This document shows positions 26,401 to 38,147 of a stretch of DNA of 64,000 bases, piece after piece. A model generated the notes under the pieces. That model worked only from the letters and a program-made list of their open reading frames with translations, was not told the origin of the DNA and made no database searches. This DNA comes from Nemertoderma westbladi (Eukaryota; Animalia; Xenacoelomorpha). Position numbers and translations under genes: made by a program. The stretch covers positions 1-64,000 of the forward strand of contig JAUCBJ010006710.1 in NCBI GenBank assembly GCA_032718475.1, in the 5' to 3' direction. The stretch's first letter is position 1. Every line of letters begins with the position of its first letter.

Positions 26401-27177
26401 TACAAGGCTCGAAACAACGATAGGAGAGAACAGGTTGCCAAGACCCCTCCTCAGTCTCCTAACAGAATGCACCGAAGAAAGCCCGAAGAAAGAACGAGAG
26501 TGCATCAGGTTACCCAAGGTAAAGTGAGTAACATAAAACCCAACTGTGCGCTGTGCGACGGGACCCACCGTTTGAGTGCGTGTGCTGAATTTCTAAAGAA
26601 ATCCCTTGTAGACAGACGTGCAGTCGTGTGGGATAAGCGGTTATGCTATAATTGCCTTAGACCAGGACACCAACGGCGAACCTGTTACTCCGACGTAAGG
26701 TGTGCAAAGTGTAGCGCGAAACATCACATCTTGTTACACAGTGAGTTCGACCGAGACAACCCGAGTCAGGTAAGTGAGCCCGAACTACATGTCCAATTCA
26801 GTGATGTAAACGACACTGATCAAGAATCTGAGATGGAAGGATTCTATACTGACGAATTCTCCGACGCCAACGAATCCTGTTATCTAATCAATACCGCAGT
26901 GTATCGAGCACTTACTTATGAAAAGGACACCAACAATGAGTTTCCCCCAACTACTTTTGCCAGACAACCATCTTGGAAAGCTCCAACTTCCAACGTAGGA
27001 ATCAGAGAATTTCCTGTAGTGCAGGTAAGAGTTCACGGTCTTAACAAAAGTTACATAGTGAACGCCCTCCTTGACTCCGGCAGCACAGGAACATTCATCG
27101 ATCAAGAACTAGCCGAAGATATCTTTGCCGGACAACCCAAATTCCGGACTAACAGCCACTGCAAACCTATGCGGTAA
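23404..27177 (+). CDS. gag: Element A Gag plus N-terminal part of the aspartic protease
   Basis: Coiled coil; FNGDEMKWLPF...EKLRFL...RYG (DUF1759-type capsid); knuckles CALC..H..C, CYNC..GH..C, CAKC...HHILLH; ALLDSGS; a deletion/frameshift removes the protease middle before YAVRTRVGW. Confidence 0.9.
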   Translation: MSDTQQNLSDSLIDTTICDTDRSVERLRKEFSSPPTERKVILPVVVSDPKLIQHRRSIIGTRAQVKRNQEAAVQQQQHPSQETCSQRSDSSSSSDTVELTPERGLQMAPTAYSDPLLTLPAAVLTTILIAVEEHQADWARNMRATQDNYAGYAREELMSVVESQWNFPRPGLPLDLSEATWEDIHRMGVAKDTMDPAVWKRSAGGYVQGFFGSLERLEEQWFRQPQGPQEQEELLYQVRERTLRIRLILSAFEETSKRRQDTSLQVAVKTWFQRVGLKVQETAQWKSQLAERLTYEEPTDATLSQVESEVTAERPRTRDAIDIYLSDYQRFLGDEELRRRLSGLSPNSEGTQRVLDSIDAEMLAANQAEFDEKLRLARVQEEEVKKRRIEDRKAAAIAEAEAERKEAAAKAEAEAQRKAEKAVAEAERRASEQTTQLELENLQETQDNINKQLTASRMQMMRRSTPKRQGYTSSEESETTDPEGGRNRSRLSRRRKTSHRHKLPNLPPAVRRQLTSADLGNTEPTEQIIRVKRLPTIVDEPEIIRPVVPKVTSVLETPVLPELNSKFPLHSTTLPAPGRIVHENIPVLEAEREIKDLSPVVQRRPATMLATPASAVEWVEEGRRGMNLLLGQMQETVHQLKGTVREGRAELQEVQQSIALERDKLVNIQKGIPIPPVTLCQPVRSEVLHAQGVEPTRIYTAGEVETPIANPIKGDYRPVINDIPYRHDNDPRNLYTDNSILNNTMAQESFTCQMARTEARQAVKVGEIVKFNGDEMKWLPFNEYYKDSIQNSVLSNGEKLRFLIKCLEGPPKLMALKFIGHPEGLRQVWDTLNIRYGNQDNIAKYLYAKLVAPQNFLSSGIIEFSDEIQEICRQLDWLGKSHEYQSSMVIGAVVSTLPKGGVCTRWDKKVLYMNEQQRRSPTMADLMSFLDGEVKLQLIKQSREKTSENKVSEKPTSRRRVTPVCYTDDGESQASQEEDSGKDTDRSYYVEKTSKDVSKYKARNNDRREQVAKTPPQSPNRMHRRKPEERTRVHQVTQGKVSNIKPNCALCDGTHRLSACAEFLKKSLVDRRAVVWDKRLCYNCLRPGHQRRTCYSDVRCAKCSAKHHILLHSEFDRDNPSQVSEPELHVQFSDVNDTDQESEMEGFYTDEFSDANESCYLINTAVYRALTYEKDTNNEFPPTTFARQPSWKAPTSNVGIREFPVVQVRVHGLNKSYIVNALLDSGSTGTFIDQELAEDIFAGQPKFRTNSHCKPMR

Positions 27178-27233
27178 GAACTAGAGTAGGTTGGTACTTT
27201 ACTGGCCCTTCCCGCAGGACTCTCGAAGAGAGA

Positions 27234-29809
27234 ATGCCACAAGAACGAATATACCAAGTAAACGATTGGGAAGTGGAGAGCAGTGAGGTGGACGAACTAA
27301 CTGAGGAAACACCATACTCTTCAGATAATGACGACATCTACCAACTCTTCGATGAAGAGAACACAATCGACCTACTCACAGAAAACCAAACTTGGAAAAA
27401 TCAGGTGAACCTATGTCAACTGATTCGCCCATCGGAACCCATCGCTTACAATGACGAACTAAACGATGAGATAGAGCGCTACAACGCTAGAACTCAGGAC
27501 GAACTAGCCGTACGATTCTTTACTCAAGAACTTGTAGAGCCCAATTCATATGATAAGGCCCTATCGATAGAAGAAGAAAGAGCCAAGCAAATCCAGGAAA
27601 CAACTACACGTTTTTTAAAGGACCAAGGTAGATATGAAATCGGCCTACCATTTCGAAAACGAGAACCTAGATTTATAAATAACAGACCCTTGGCAGAGAA
27701 AAGAATCGCTCAATTACATCGACGCCTTACGGCTAATGCTTCAGCTAAAGAAATGTACCAAACTCAGCTGAAGAAATTTATAACAAAGGGATACGCGGAG
27801 CGAGTACCGGAAGGAACACCAGTGACTGAGAGAACGTATTACTTAACACATCATTATGTTCCCAAACCCGGTAAACCCCACGAAGTACGAGTCGTATTCG
27901 ATGGCTCCGCCCTATATATGGGCCAATCCCTCAATTCTGAGTTGTTACCAGGACCCAACTTACTCCAATCTTTGTTGGGAATACTTTTAAGATTAAGACA
28001 ATATTCCATCGCGTTCGCCTCCGATATAGAAGGAATGTTCTTACAAGTCAAAGCGCTGGATAGAGATAGAGACAGCCTGAGATTTCTGTGGTGGCCGGAA
28101 GGAGACCTCAATCAGAAACCGGTAGAGTACTGGATGACCATCCAGGCTTTTGGAATCATATCAAGCCCTTCCAACGCCTGCTCCGTGGTGTGAACCACTA
28201 CGAATGACAACCGAGACTCCTTCTCAAAAGAGGTGATAGACAACATCAAACGGAATATATACATGGACGACAATTTAAGGTCCCTTCCATCAGTAGAAGA
28301 AGCCATAGATGTCGCTAAAGGAACGGTAGAGTGTTTGAAAAGAGGTGGATTTCGACTGACGAAATTCACCAGCAACTCCCGTGAGTTTCTGGAAGCGATA
28401 CCGGTAGCAGACCGAGGAGCGAAAGACCTAGACTTAATAAAGGACGATCTTCCTGAAACCAAGACGCTTGGCTTGAAGTGGGACACTGAAAGAGACATCC
28501 TGTTTTTTCAGTTAAAACAGCGAGATAATCCAGTTCGGACCAAACGGATTTGTTTAAGTATCCTGAGCACTTATTTCGACCCATTGGGATTTATTAGCCC
28601 AGTTATATTGATTGCTCGGAGTTTAGTACAACAAATGTGGCTTGAAAACCACTCATGGGACGATCCGCTTAAGGGAGAATTGTTAATGAAATGGATGAAA
28701 TGGGAAGATTATCTACCTGCCATCGAGAACTTTATAATTTCCCGTGCATATTTTGGCCATGTTCTTCCTACGTATTCTTATCAACTCCATGTGTTTGGAG
28801 ACGCCAGCGACATGGGAATAGGTATAGTAGCATATCTGCGAGTCGAAACTCCGGATGGAATCAAAGTCGCCTTGGTTACCTCTAAGGCATTGATTAACAA
28901 CAAGTTAAAGGTTCCTCGAGCGGAGTTAAAGGCGGCTTTATACGCTACAGCCATCGGCCGGAACGTAACGGAACAAATCGACTATCCACTGGAGAAAACG
29001 GTTTATTGGACCGACGCTTTACTCGTGTTGGAGTATCTAACCAATGAAGTCTGTCAGTTCAGCGTTTTTGTTACTAACAGGGTAGCTATTATTCTTAGTC
29101 GCACAAAGATAGATCAATGGAGACATTGCCCTGGTACGATTAATCCAGCCGATATCGCCTCCAGGGGAGCAACTCCACAGGAACTGATAGATACTCCAGA
29201 CTGGTTGGGTGGACCCGACTTCCTGAGCAAGGAAGAGGATGAATGGCCTCCTCACCTTACTACGGCGGAGATTAGACAAGCCAAGGGAGCGGAGACAGTC
29301 AAACCTAAAACCCGGGCGAGTAAATCGAAGCTATTTAAACCGACGATCGATCTATCTGTATTACATACTTCCGGAAATGACGCTTCGGATCCACAATCCC
29401 TCGCCACAAATAAGTCGGTTGTGGAAATTAGAGATAGAGATTGGAAATCTGGAATACCAGACATCTCGCAAGGAATCTCACCCATGCTGCAGAGAGCAAT
29501 GCATCACTACAGTTCCTGGAATCGGCTCTGTAAAGCCGTCACATATTTAAGGAGATGTTTTCATCATCACTACTCCAGGACGAAGACCATTAGTGATACC
29601 GCTCCATTGACATCTGCGCAAGTTCATGTTATTAAAATTTTACCCAAATATAAAACATCCGACCGGTTTCTAAAGGAGAAAATTAGTTACCAGGAGTATG
29701 AAGAAACCAATAAGCAGATACTGAGACTCCTGCAATGCTATGAGGATTCCGATAAGTATTTCCTGTTGTTGAGAAATCCGCAGATGCGCTTAAGGGATCG
29801 ATTCTCTAG
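27234..29809 (+). pseudogene. pol: Element A Pol (RT and RNase H), in-frame TGA at 28191, interrupted by element B
   Basis: RVVFDGS, GPNLL, SDIEGMFLQV, YMDD, LGLKW, FDPLG, LHVFGDAS, PRAEL, NPADIASRG. Confidence 0.92.
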
Positions 29810-31429
29810 TGTTGCCGTTATCCCAACACCAGGGGGGAAAAACGCCGATGCTGGAGACGTGACTTTACAGACCACTGAGCCCCGGCCAGTCACCGGATAT
29901 TGATTTTGGAGAAGGAATGATTTCTGAGATGCAGGGTTGCGGTTGAGAAAAAGCTGCATTAGTTGGATATACTCTTTAATGTAACTGAACTCTGTTGAAC
30001 CTGGTCAACAATATTGAACCCTGTTGAACCCTGTTGAACCCTGATTAAGAATAATTTTGGGCTTCCCCAAATCAATATACACCAAATATTCACAATAATT
30101 ATACACGATAATATAAATCCCTACGGTATATTATTTAATTACCCACTGTTCGCTCAGATTTTAGCCTACCTAATGTTCCCCAGATTTTCCCTTGGTCCTA
30201 GTCTTAGTGCCGTAGTGTCGGTGTCGGTCGACCCTGTCGCGTGTCCGTTCCACCCCTCACGAACCCCGAAGGGAACGATCATCGAGAACCAGCACGGCTT
30301 GGCTAAGGGTCGGTCCAGTCGGTAGACTCTGTCGCGTATCCGTACCGCCCCTCTCGAACCCCGAAGGGATCGGTCATCGAGAACCAATACGGCTTAGCTA
30401 GGAGTCTGTTGTGTCGGTGGACCCGTTCGCGTGTCCGTTCCACCCCTCACGAACCCCGAAGGGAACGATCATCGAGAACCAGAACGGCTTGGCTAGGGGT
30501 CCGTCGGTTCATCGCAGAAACCCAACCACCTAGGCTTTCCGAGTCCCTTTCAGGCTCGTAGTCGCTTCAGCAGCCGAGAAACTGCTCCGAACAGTCGGTA
30601 GGCCAGTAGAGTCTAGTCCTTTGTCTTTCGACCCCATCGCGTGTCCGTTCCACCCCTCACGAACCCCGAAGGGAACGATCATCGAGAACCAGTACGGCTT
30701 GGCTAAGGGGTCTGTCGTCGGTTCCCGTCGCAGATCCCGGTACAAGCAGTCAGCGTTCCGAGTTCTTTTCAGTCTCGTAGTAGCTGCTGTTGACCAGAGA
30801 CCGCTAAGGGCAGTCCTCGTCAAACCCGTCCTGTGGCCAGCCCTTTCACATGTCCGTCCCACCCCTCGCGAACCCCGAAGGGATCGGTCATCGAGAACCA
30901 GTACGGCTTAGCTCAGGGGGCAGTCGTTAGTTGGCCACCCGTTCGCGTGTCCGCTCCATCCCTCACGAACCCCGAAGGGTTCGATCATCGAGAACCAGAA
31001 CGGCTTGGCTACTAAGGGGCCATCGTTTCCCGTCGCAAATCCCTGACACAAGCAGTCAGCGGTCCGAGTTCTTTTCAGTCTCGTAATGGCTGCTGTTGGC
31101 CAGGGACCGCTAAGGGCAGTCCTTGTCCTTTAGGCCTGGCGCATTACCAAATCCACCCCTACAGGCAGCAGGAAGTTGGCCAGGGCCTAATAGTACTCAG
31201 GCTAACCTGAATACTGCTTGCATTTTCCATCCCCCCCTGGCCCTTATAACTATGAAATTATTCCCGTACCCTGTAAGTTGCCCCAAAGTTCGCCCATAAA
31301 TCGCCCCCAGTTTATTGAATGTGCCCAAAACCCATGGTCCCGCACCCAGTAGTAATATCGGAATAATCAATTTTAAATAAATACAAAAATATTCAACTCG
31401 CGTTATGGAAAGTTGAAATACCGCGAACA
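29810..31429 (-). repeat. Element B 3' LTR, preceded by a PPT (ggggggga on the - strand near 31430)
   Basis: Matches 42330-43949 with about 12 substitutions. Confidence 0.95.
30229..31021 (-). other. Array of six approximately 84-nt structured RNA units in the B LTR (second copy at 42749-43541)
   Basis: Conserved core with covarying closing stems, cUUCGg loop and GAUGA/GA kink-turn-like motif. Confidence 0.7.
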
Positions 31430-31633
31430 GTCCCCCCCAATGACCTTCGTGAAGTCTGTCGGTCGATTGAGTTTGCGTAGGTCATTCCCAATATAAAAAA
31501 CCCAAATTTAATATTGCATAGTTTTTAATTAATTTGGCCTAGAGTTTGTATAAAAATAAATGTTCGATAAATGTTCCTGGAATATCCCGATCCACTATTT
31601 CTTTCTCTGATACGCCTTTCGTCTCTTCGCCCG

Positions 31634-34077
31634 TCAACTCTCATCGATCGCTATGGCTGGTAGAGGAGCGTCAACATCCATTGTGAGTAACGCTTCGGCT
31701 TGTCTCCTGGCGGCTCTTCCTTTCGATGGCATAGGGATCATGTCGGTTCGTCTTTCCAACTCAGATTTGCGTGCCTCTAGGAACCACTCTCCGTCACCGA
31801 ACTCCTCTTTATACGAGTATAATCGTCTAATGACTTCAAATGGACCGAATAATCCGGCGCTCAGTAGCAGATCCACGTAATGGAAAGGTAGCGTGGCCGA
31901 CGTGTGGAGGCGTTCCGGGAAGGAGAAATACCCGCACGCCATCTCCTGCGCAATATTCCGAGTGTTTCTCCGAACCTTGGTCTTTAAGTGGCTGTTTGCG
32001 TATGTTTCAAAAATGACCATATTTCCCATAGCGGTAACGTCTTTGGTTGGACATTTGATATAGCAGCGGGGGCTAGAGGAATGTCCACGGAAACCGCACG
32101 TGGTGCAGAGGTTATATAGGATCGGACAGACGGAAACGTCGTGGCCCGAAGTCGCGCAGTATGGGCAATAGAGTATCCCGATGAGCTGGAGGCACGAATC
32201 GGTAACCCGATTCCTTCTACCGCGTGGGCACTGCTCCGAACCACAGTCGCCGCATACCTCCAACTGCATCTCTCGACCAGGAAATATCGGAATCGGGACG
32301 CCGACGTGATACTCGAGTCGTCGGTCGCTCTTCGGAATATTCGCGGTGGTCGGTAGCCCGCGGAATGCTAGGCTTTTGCGTAGTAGGTTCTCGCTCCGAT
32401 AACCTTCTTTGTGTCCCGCTGGTCTCAACTCGGATGACCGTTTCTGGCGGTGGATCCATTCAGTTTGCTCGGCGTACCAACAGGTTAGTCGCATAGGGTC
32501 CTGAGGAACGGCGGGTGTAGTAGCCACCGCTGGTCGGCGAAGAGGTGCCGGGGTTTTAGACGGAGGGATACCGAGGAGATCGTCGGGGGTCGGCGCATCG
32601 CTGGGGCCCTCCTCGACCAGTATCGCTGAGCGGGTCCGTTGGTGGCTGGTACTCGGAATCTCCGACGACCAATCTTCGCCACCCGGGAAAGGATACGGGG
32701 ATAACCGTTGGCATATGTCGCCGAAGTTGCTCAATGCAGCTGTAGTGGCTACCTCCCTCGCGGGGCTACCGGAGCCGCGTGGGGTGTAAACGCCTGCTCT
32801 CTTCATCGGTTCGGCCGAGGCAACCCGTTTGGCGGCCGGTCCATACGCGGCCTCCGGCTCGAGTTGTCGCTTCGGGGTGGAGAGTAGAACACCCTCGTTT
32901 AGCCATATCTCTTCCCCTTCCGAAGAGATCAGAGGCTCCTCCGCACTGAGAAGTTCGGTAATCGTAGGGATGTCGTAAGGCCCGCTCTCGTCCCAGGAAT
33001 CGATAACGGCGAGCGTTTTAGTCTCTCCCGGTGCGATGTTCTCGACCGCTTTGAACGCGTGGTGTATGACCTCGTTCCAGTCGTAGTCGACGAAGGAAAG
33101 GGGGACCGCCGTAATAAGGTTATCGAGAGTTTTACAGATAAACTTAGCGACGGTGTAGCACTCCATAACGACGTAAACGTAGTTCCGTCGATCGGGATTC
33201 TCCCACCTTTGGTGTATCGTCCACTTCCGATCAACGTCCTTCCATCGACCCTCTCGCTCGCTCTTTATTTCTAATCCCGGGTATCCACCATATATTTTAT
33301 TATAGTCCCGGAATTTCTGGGGTTTGAAGTCGATACCGCCGTTTAGCACAGCAAGGTAGCCGATCCCGGATTTCGTCGGTCTCACCTCTTGGAATCCTCG
33401 CATGAACTCGGCGAATCGTAACCAGGCTAGTAGCGTTTGAGTGTCGATGCAATGGCTAAGGGTGTTGAGGTCCTCTCGTCGGTTAATTCCTGCAGGAGCG
33501 TTCGCGAAGTCGTTCCGGACGTCCGCCTTGATATCTGACCCGATTTTAATGACGTCGAAGTCGAAGAGGATCTTTTGGATTTCCGCAGGTAGCAACCAGA
33601 TCGCTCCGGCTGCCTGCACTTCCTGTCTGGGTGTCGGGAATATTCGGCACACCAGTACCAAACCGTCCAGGGTTCCGAGGACGACGGCTAAGGATCGACC
33701 ATATTCTTTCGCCCCGTACTTTCCTGGTAGTCGTCTCGGTTCTGGATAATCGATACGCGTTCCTCTCGAAGCGTCGCCGTACACTCCGACAGGTTTCCCC
33801 AGTGGGTGAGGTACGTACTCTTGTCGTCGACGAAACTTTGACATCTCGCCAACGTAATCGCTTTTGAGGTGGGCGTCGCGTTTCCCTCGTTGTCGTAGAT
33901 TAAACATCGGGATCTGTAGACGCTCTGCCGGAACGTTTCCCAAAACGACGAATCGTCCCCTCCGGTTGCCTTTGCGTTCCGAGTTCTTTTCAGTCTCGTA
34001 CTAGCATCGGCTAACCGGAGGGCTCGTAGATTCTTGGAATCCGGTCCCTCTCGCCCGGTGAATTTAATGACTCGCAC
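31634..34077 (-). CDS. Element B accessory ORF: DEDDy-like exonuclease plus Zn knuckles, split by one frameshift
   Basis: LIYDNEG in ORF 33688-34077; LPAEIQKILFDFDVIKIGSDIKAD, CIDTQ, YVVME and CPYC..GH..CPIL..CTTC..GH in ORF 31634-33943. Confidence 0.75.
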
Positions 34078-34744
34078 GTTCTCATTTAGCAGGGTGCTCC
34101 AATTTGTATCAAAGTCAGGGGATCCAGGTTGCGAATATTCCAGTAGATCTATCGTGTTACGTAATTCGCCGATAATTTAGCGATTTGGGTCCATATTTAC
34201 GATTATATTCGTTACAAATTAGATCAGTTAATTATAAGTCCAGAAAGTCTGAAACTATAGCGATAGCAGAATAATTCAGTTTTTTATTTAATTCAGTTTA
34301 TTAATAACATTGCTATATAGGCATCTATCATCTTATTGCTAATACATTCAGCATTTACAGTTACTATAACTATACATTAATATCCAACCAGTTTTTTATG
34401 ACTTTTTTTGTCCTTTTCTTTTTTCCAATTCCTTTCTTTAGACTTTTTTATACCTTTTTTTTGTCTTTTTTCATTTCATTATTATTTCATCTCATTTCAT
34501 TTATTTCCACATATATTTCAACACATTTATTTCCACCATTTATTTCACATTTATTTATTTCCACATCATCATTGGGTTTATAGCCCCCCGGCTATCATCA
34601 TTTGTTATAAGCACAACACCAGGGTGCGCATCATTACATTTTCATCAGTATACGCGTCATCATTCAGGTTTATAGTAGAGTTGTCTGATCCTTTTCATCG
34701 TTTCCAACTATATTCAATCATTTTCTTTGGTTAATCTTTGTCGT

Positions 34745-35175
34745 GGAAGGGGTGTTACGCGGCAATCTGGGATCTACAGCTGGACTCGTTACACCGCCTA
34801 CGCCCCAAACTGCGCACGTAACGGACAATGAAGACGCTAGGAGTGAAGTCACGTGGATGCACCAGGGACCCACCAGAATAACACTCCCAACAACATAAAG
34901 CTCAGTCGACGAAGTCATGTGGGATGGGGTTACGCAACATTCTGGGATCTACAGCTGGACTCGTTACACCGCCTACGCCCCAAAATCCACGCAACGGTCC
35001 CACCAGAATAACGCGACTGAGAAACATAAAACCCTCTATCGTCGAAGTCATGTGGATGCACCATGGACCCACCAGAATAATGGGATAGAGGGGGTGTTGC
35101 GCGGCAATCCGGGATCTACAGCTGGACTCGTTACACCGCCTACGCCCCGAACTGCGCATGCAACGGACAACATAA
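34745..35175. repeat. Three approximately 170-bp tandem units between pol and the accessory ORF of B
   Basis: gggatctacagctggactcgttacaccgcctacgcccc x3. Confidence 0.85.
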
Positions 35176-35443
35176 CATACTGCAATGAATACAATGAATT
35201 CCACTTCAAATCTTTTCCATTTCCAATAATCCAATATCATTGGTCCCGATGACCAAAATCAGGGTAAACAATACATAAACGACCCTGCGTCAGTCGAAAC
35301 ATCTGCAGGGTGATGCTGGACTCCACATAACACACGAGGAAACACAAATACCATTGCGTGGTTACAGTTGGTTTAAGGGGGGTCCATAATTCGTTGTCGA
35401 TAAATCACAGTTAAAAAGAGTTTGTCAACATGATGAGAAGGGT

Positions 35444-38147
35444 TTAAACGCATTTGTAATTGTCACCAATGTCCACAGCAGGATCTTGAGTAGGGATCTT
35501 ATCACCTCTCGTAGAATCACCGCTATCATTGCCTTCAAGAAGGCACAGCCTCTGGATAGGGCGTTGGTAGTGGCCCGATTTCGTTCGTATCGTCACAGTC
35601 CTCGCAAGTCCGTCTTTGCTTGGGTGTATGGTCACGACCCGCGCCACAGGCCAGTGAACGCGGTCTTTGAGATCTTCTTTAACTAGTACCATGTCACCAA
35701 CTGCGACGTTCCGGTAGGTGTTGTTCCATTTCCTCCTGGTCCGGAGGGTTATGAGGTACTCCTGGGCCCAAATCTCTTTTCTCTTTCTCTCTTTCTCCTC
35801 CCACAAAGTTTGTACCATTATCGGAATACATGTGGCGGCATGTCCCATTGTTCGCCACGAACCGACGCAGAGCGTTGATGAATGCGTGTTGTGTCAGATT
35901 TACCACGATATCTAGGTAAATTGCCCTAGACCTTAGGCAGGTGAAGATGGCTCCCCAGCATTTGATGTTGGATCGTCGTTCAATAACCGTGAACGGTCCG
36001 AAACAGTCCACTCCGGTGGCGTAGAATGGTGGGGAATCCGCTTGTAGATGGGTGGCTGGTAAGTCGGCCATCTTTTGGGTGATTGGTGGCGCTAGGTAAC
36101 GTCTGCAGGTGAAGCAACGTTTCAACACTTTCCGGATCAGTGGCTGGATGTGGGTGATCCAATATCTTTGTCTTATATTAGCTATAATCCAATTCTGTCC
36201 TGCGTGGTGGTTGTCCTCGTGACATTGTAGAATTAATAGCTTAGCTAGTGTCGACGTTCCGGGCAGAAGCGCCGGGTATTTAACCTCATATTCGACCGGG
36301 GCATTTGCCATCCGGGTATTCAGTCGGATCAGTCCGTCCTCTCCCATCATTGGTCTCAGTTGGTGGACTGGGCTGTCCGGTTTCAACGTTTTGCCCGCAC
36401 TAAGTTGTTCCCATTCGTCGGGGAAACTTTCTTTCTGGACATATCTAACAATACACTTCTCCGCGATAATGAGTTCTTGTATATTCCGTTGAACTATCGG
36501 TTTGTTGTTTTTCCACCGTAGGAAGTTGCGAAGGGTTATAACGTGATGGACGAGCCGTCTCATGGATGAAGTTCGCTCGATCAACCGATGTAAAGACGCT
36601 GCTAGTTGAGTGATCGTCGCGACGTTATAGTGCCTGCCCGAGTCCTTTGCAGGCTCAGTCAGACAACTATAAATTTCCACCGCGTTGCTTCGATGGATTT
36701 TACGGATCTCTTTATCGTCCTCGGAGTATTTTCCGCTATCGAGCTCGGGGTCGAATCGGGTACTCCATGTTAATTGTGGCTGCCGTAGGAATTCCGGGCC
36801 TGTAAGCCAGAGTTTACTTTTACCGAGTTGTTTTGGGGTGGCGCCTCGGCTTGATAAGTCCGCTGGGTTTTCCTTCCCGTTCACGTGATGCCACTGTTCT
36901 CGGCCGGTACACTGTTTAATCTCCGTGGCTCGGTTTGCAACAAACGTGGTGTGACGCTGTGATGGAGAGTGGAGATAATAGAGAACTATACTCGAATCTA
37001 CCCAGAAGTGTTGAGATTCTATGGGGATCCGTAGGTTCCGCATGACCATGCGATTCTGTCTTACTGCCCAAACTGCAGCTTGTAGCTCGAGTCTCGGAAT
37101 CATTGCTACGAATTCCCCGGATACTGTCTTTGCTTTGGAGAATAAGAAGCTTGTATCGCCGTTTCCATCGTTACTTAGTCTCCGTAAGAAGGTGACTACG
37201 CCGATTCCGGTATTCGAAGCATCCGAAAAGGTATGGAGCTGGAAGATATCGGTGGGCAGTTTATCGAGGAAGAACGGTCTAGGTATCCGCATAAGATGTA
37301 GGTGTTCGAGCTGCTCCGTCCATTTTCTCCATTTGACGCTGAGGTATGGGGGGAGCTCTTCGTCCCATCCCAGTCCTTCTATCCACATTTCCTTAATCAG
37401 GTTCATTCCGGCCAAGGTTACTGGAGATATGAAATTTAGTGGGTCGAAGATGGCGCTTTTTATCGACAAACATCCCCTTTTTGTCATAGGCTTGGGTAGG
37501 GGTTTATACTTGAAGATGAATTCATCTGATTCTATGTCCCATTCAATCCCGAGTACACGATGTTCCACATCCTCCGAATACATTTTGTTATTTTCCAGCC
37601 GGATGTCCTCCGGAAACTTTTCCATAAGTGTTTTGTCGTGGGATCTGAACTTCACGAGCGGAAACCCTCCTTTCTTTAGACATTCTACCATCCCCATTGC
37701 TAGCCGATATGCCTCATCCACATTATCCGCACCGGCGCATCCGTCGTCCACGTAGAAGCATCGTCGAATGGTTTCTATGACGGTTGGAGGGAACTCGTTT
37801 TCGCACATAGTTGCCGTCCTCTTTAGCATGTCATTGCATGCTACCGGCGAGTCCTTAGCGCCGAAGATCCTGACGACCATACGCATTACGTCTACGTCCT
37901 TTATCGTGAGTTGGCTAATCTCCTGTTGAGTAAGCGTTTTATCCGTCCATAGGATACGTAGACAGTCCGAGTCTCTTGGTAACGTACGAACTTGATGAAA
38001 CATGGCCTTGATGTCACAGGTGAATGCTACCCGGTTTTCCCTGAACCTGATCAATACGCCAATGAGTGTGCTATATATGTTGGGTCCCGTGTAAAGTTGA
38101 CTGTTTAGGGATTCGCCCTGGTACATAGCGGCAGCATCATTTACCAC
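35444..38147 (-). pseudogene. pol: Element B Pol (RT, RNase H, integrase); integrase core partly deleted with a frameshift near 35790
   Basis: YVDD, LHTFSDAS, IPRLEL, NPADLSSRG, HH..CC, GVDCFGP, SDNGTNFVG; tail IWAQEYL...RPIQRLCLL is in another frame. Confidence 0.92.

Noticed and set aside
30229-31021. CRISPR-like repeat-spacer array
   Set aside because: The units are about 84 nt, the spacers are irregular and partly repeated, the array sits in a eukaryotic LTR, and no cas genes are present
34745-35175. Twister or hammerhead ribozyme identity for the repeats
   Set aside because: No CUGANGA/GAAA core is present, and I could not find the twister pseudoknot pairings
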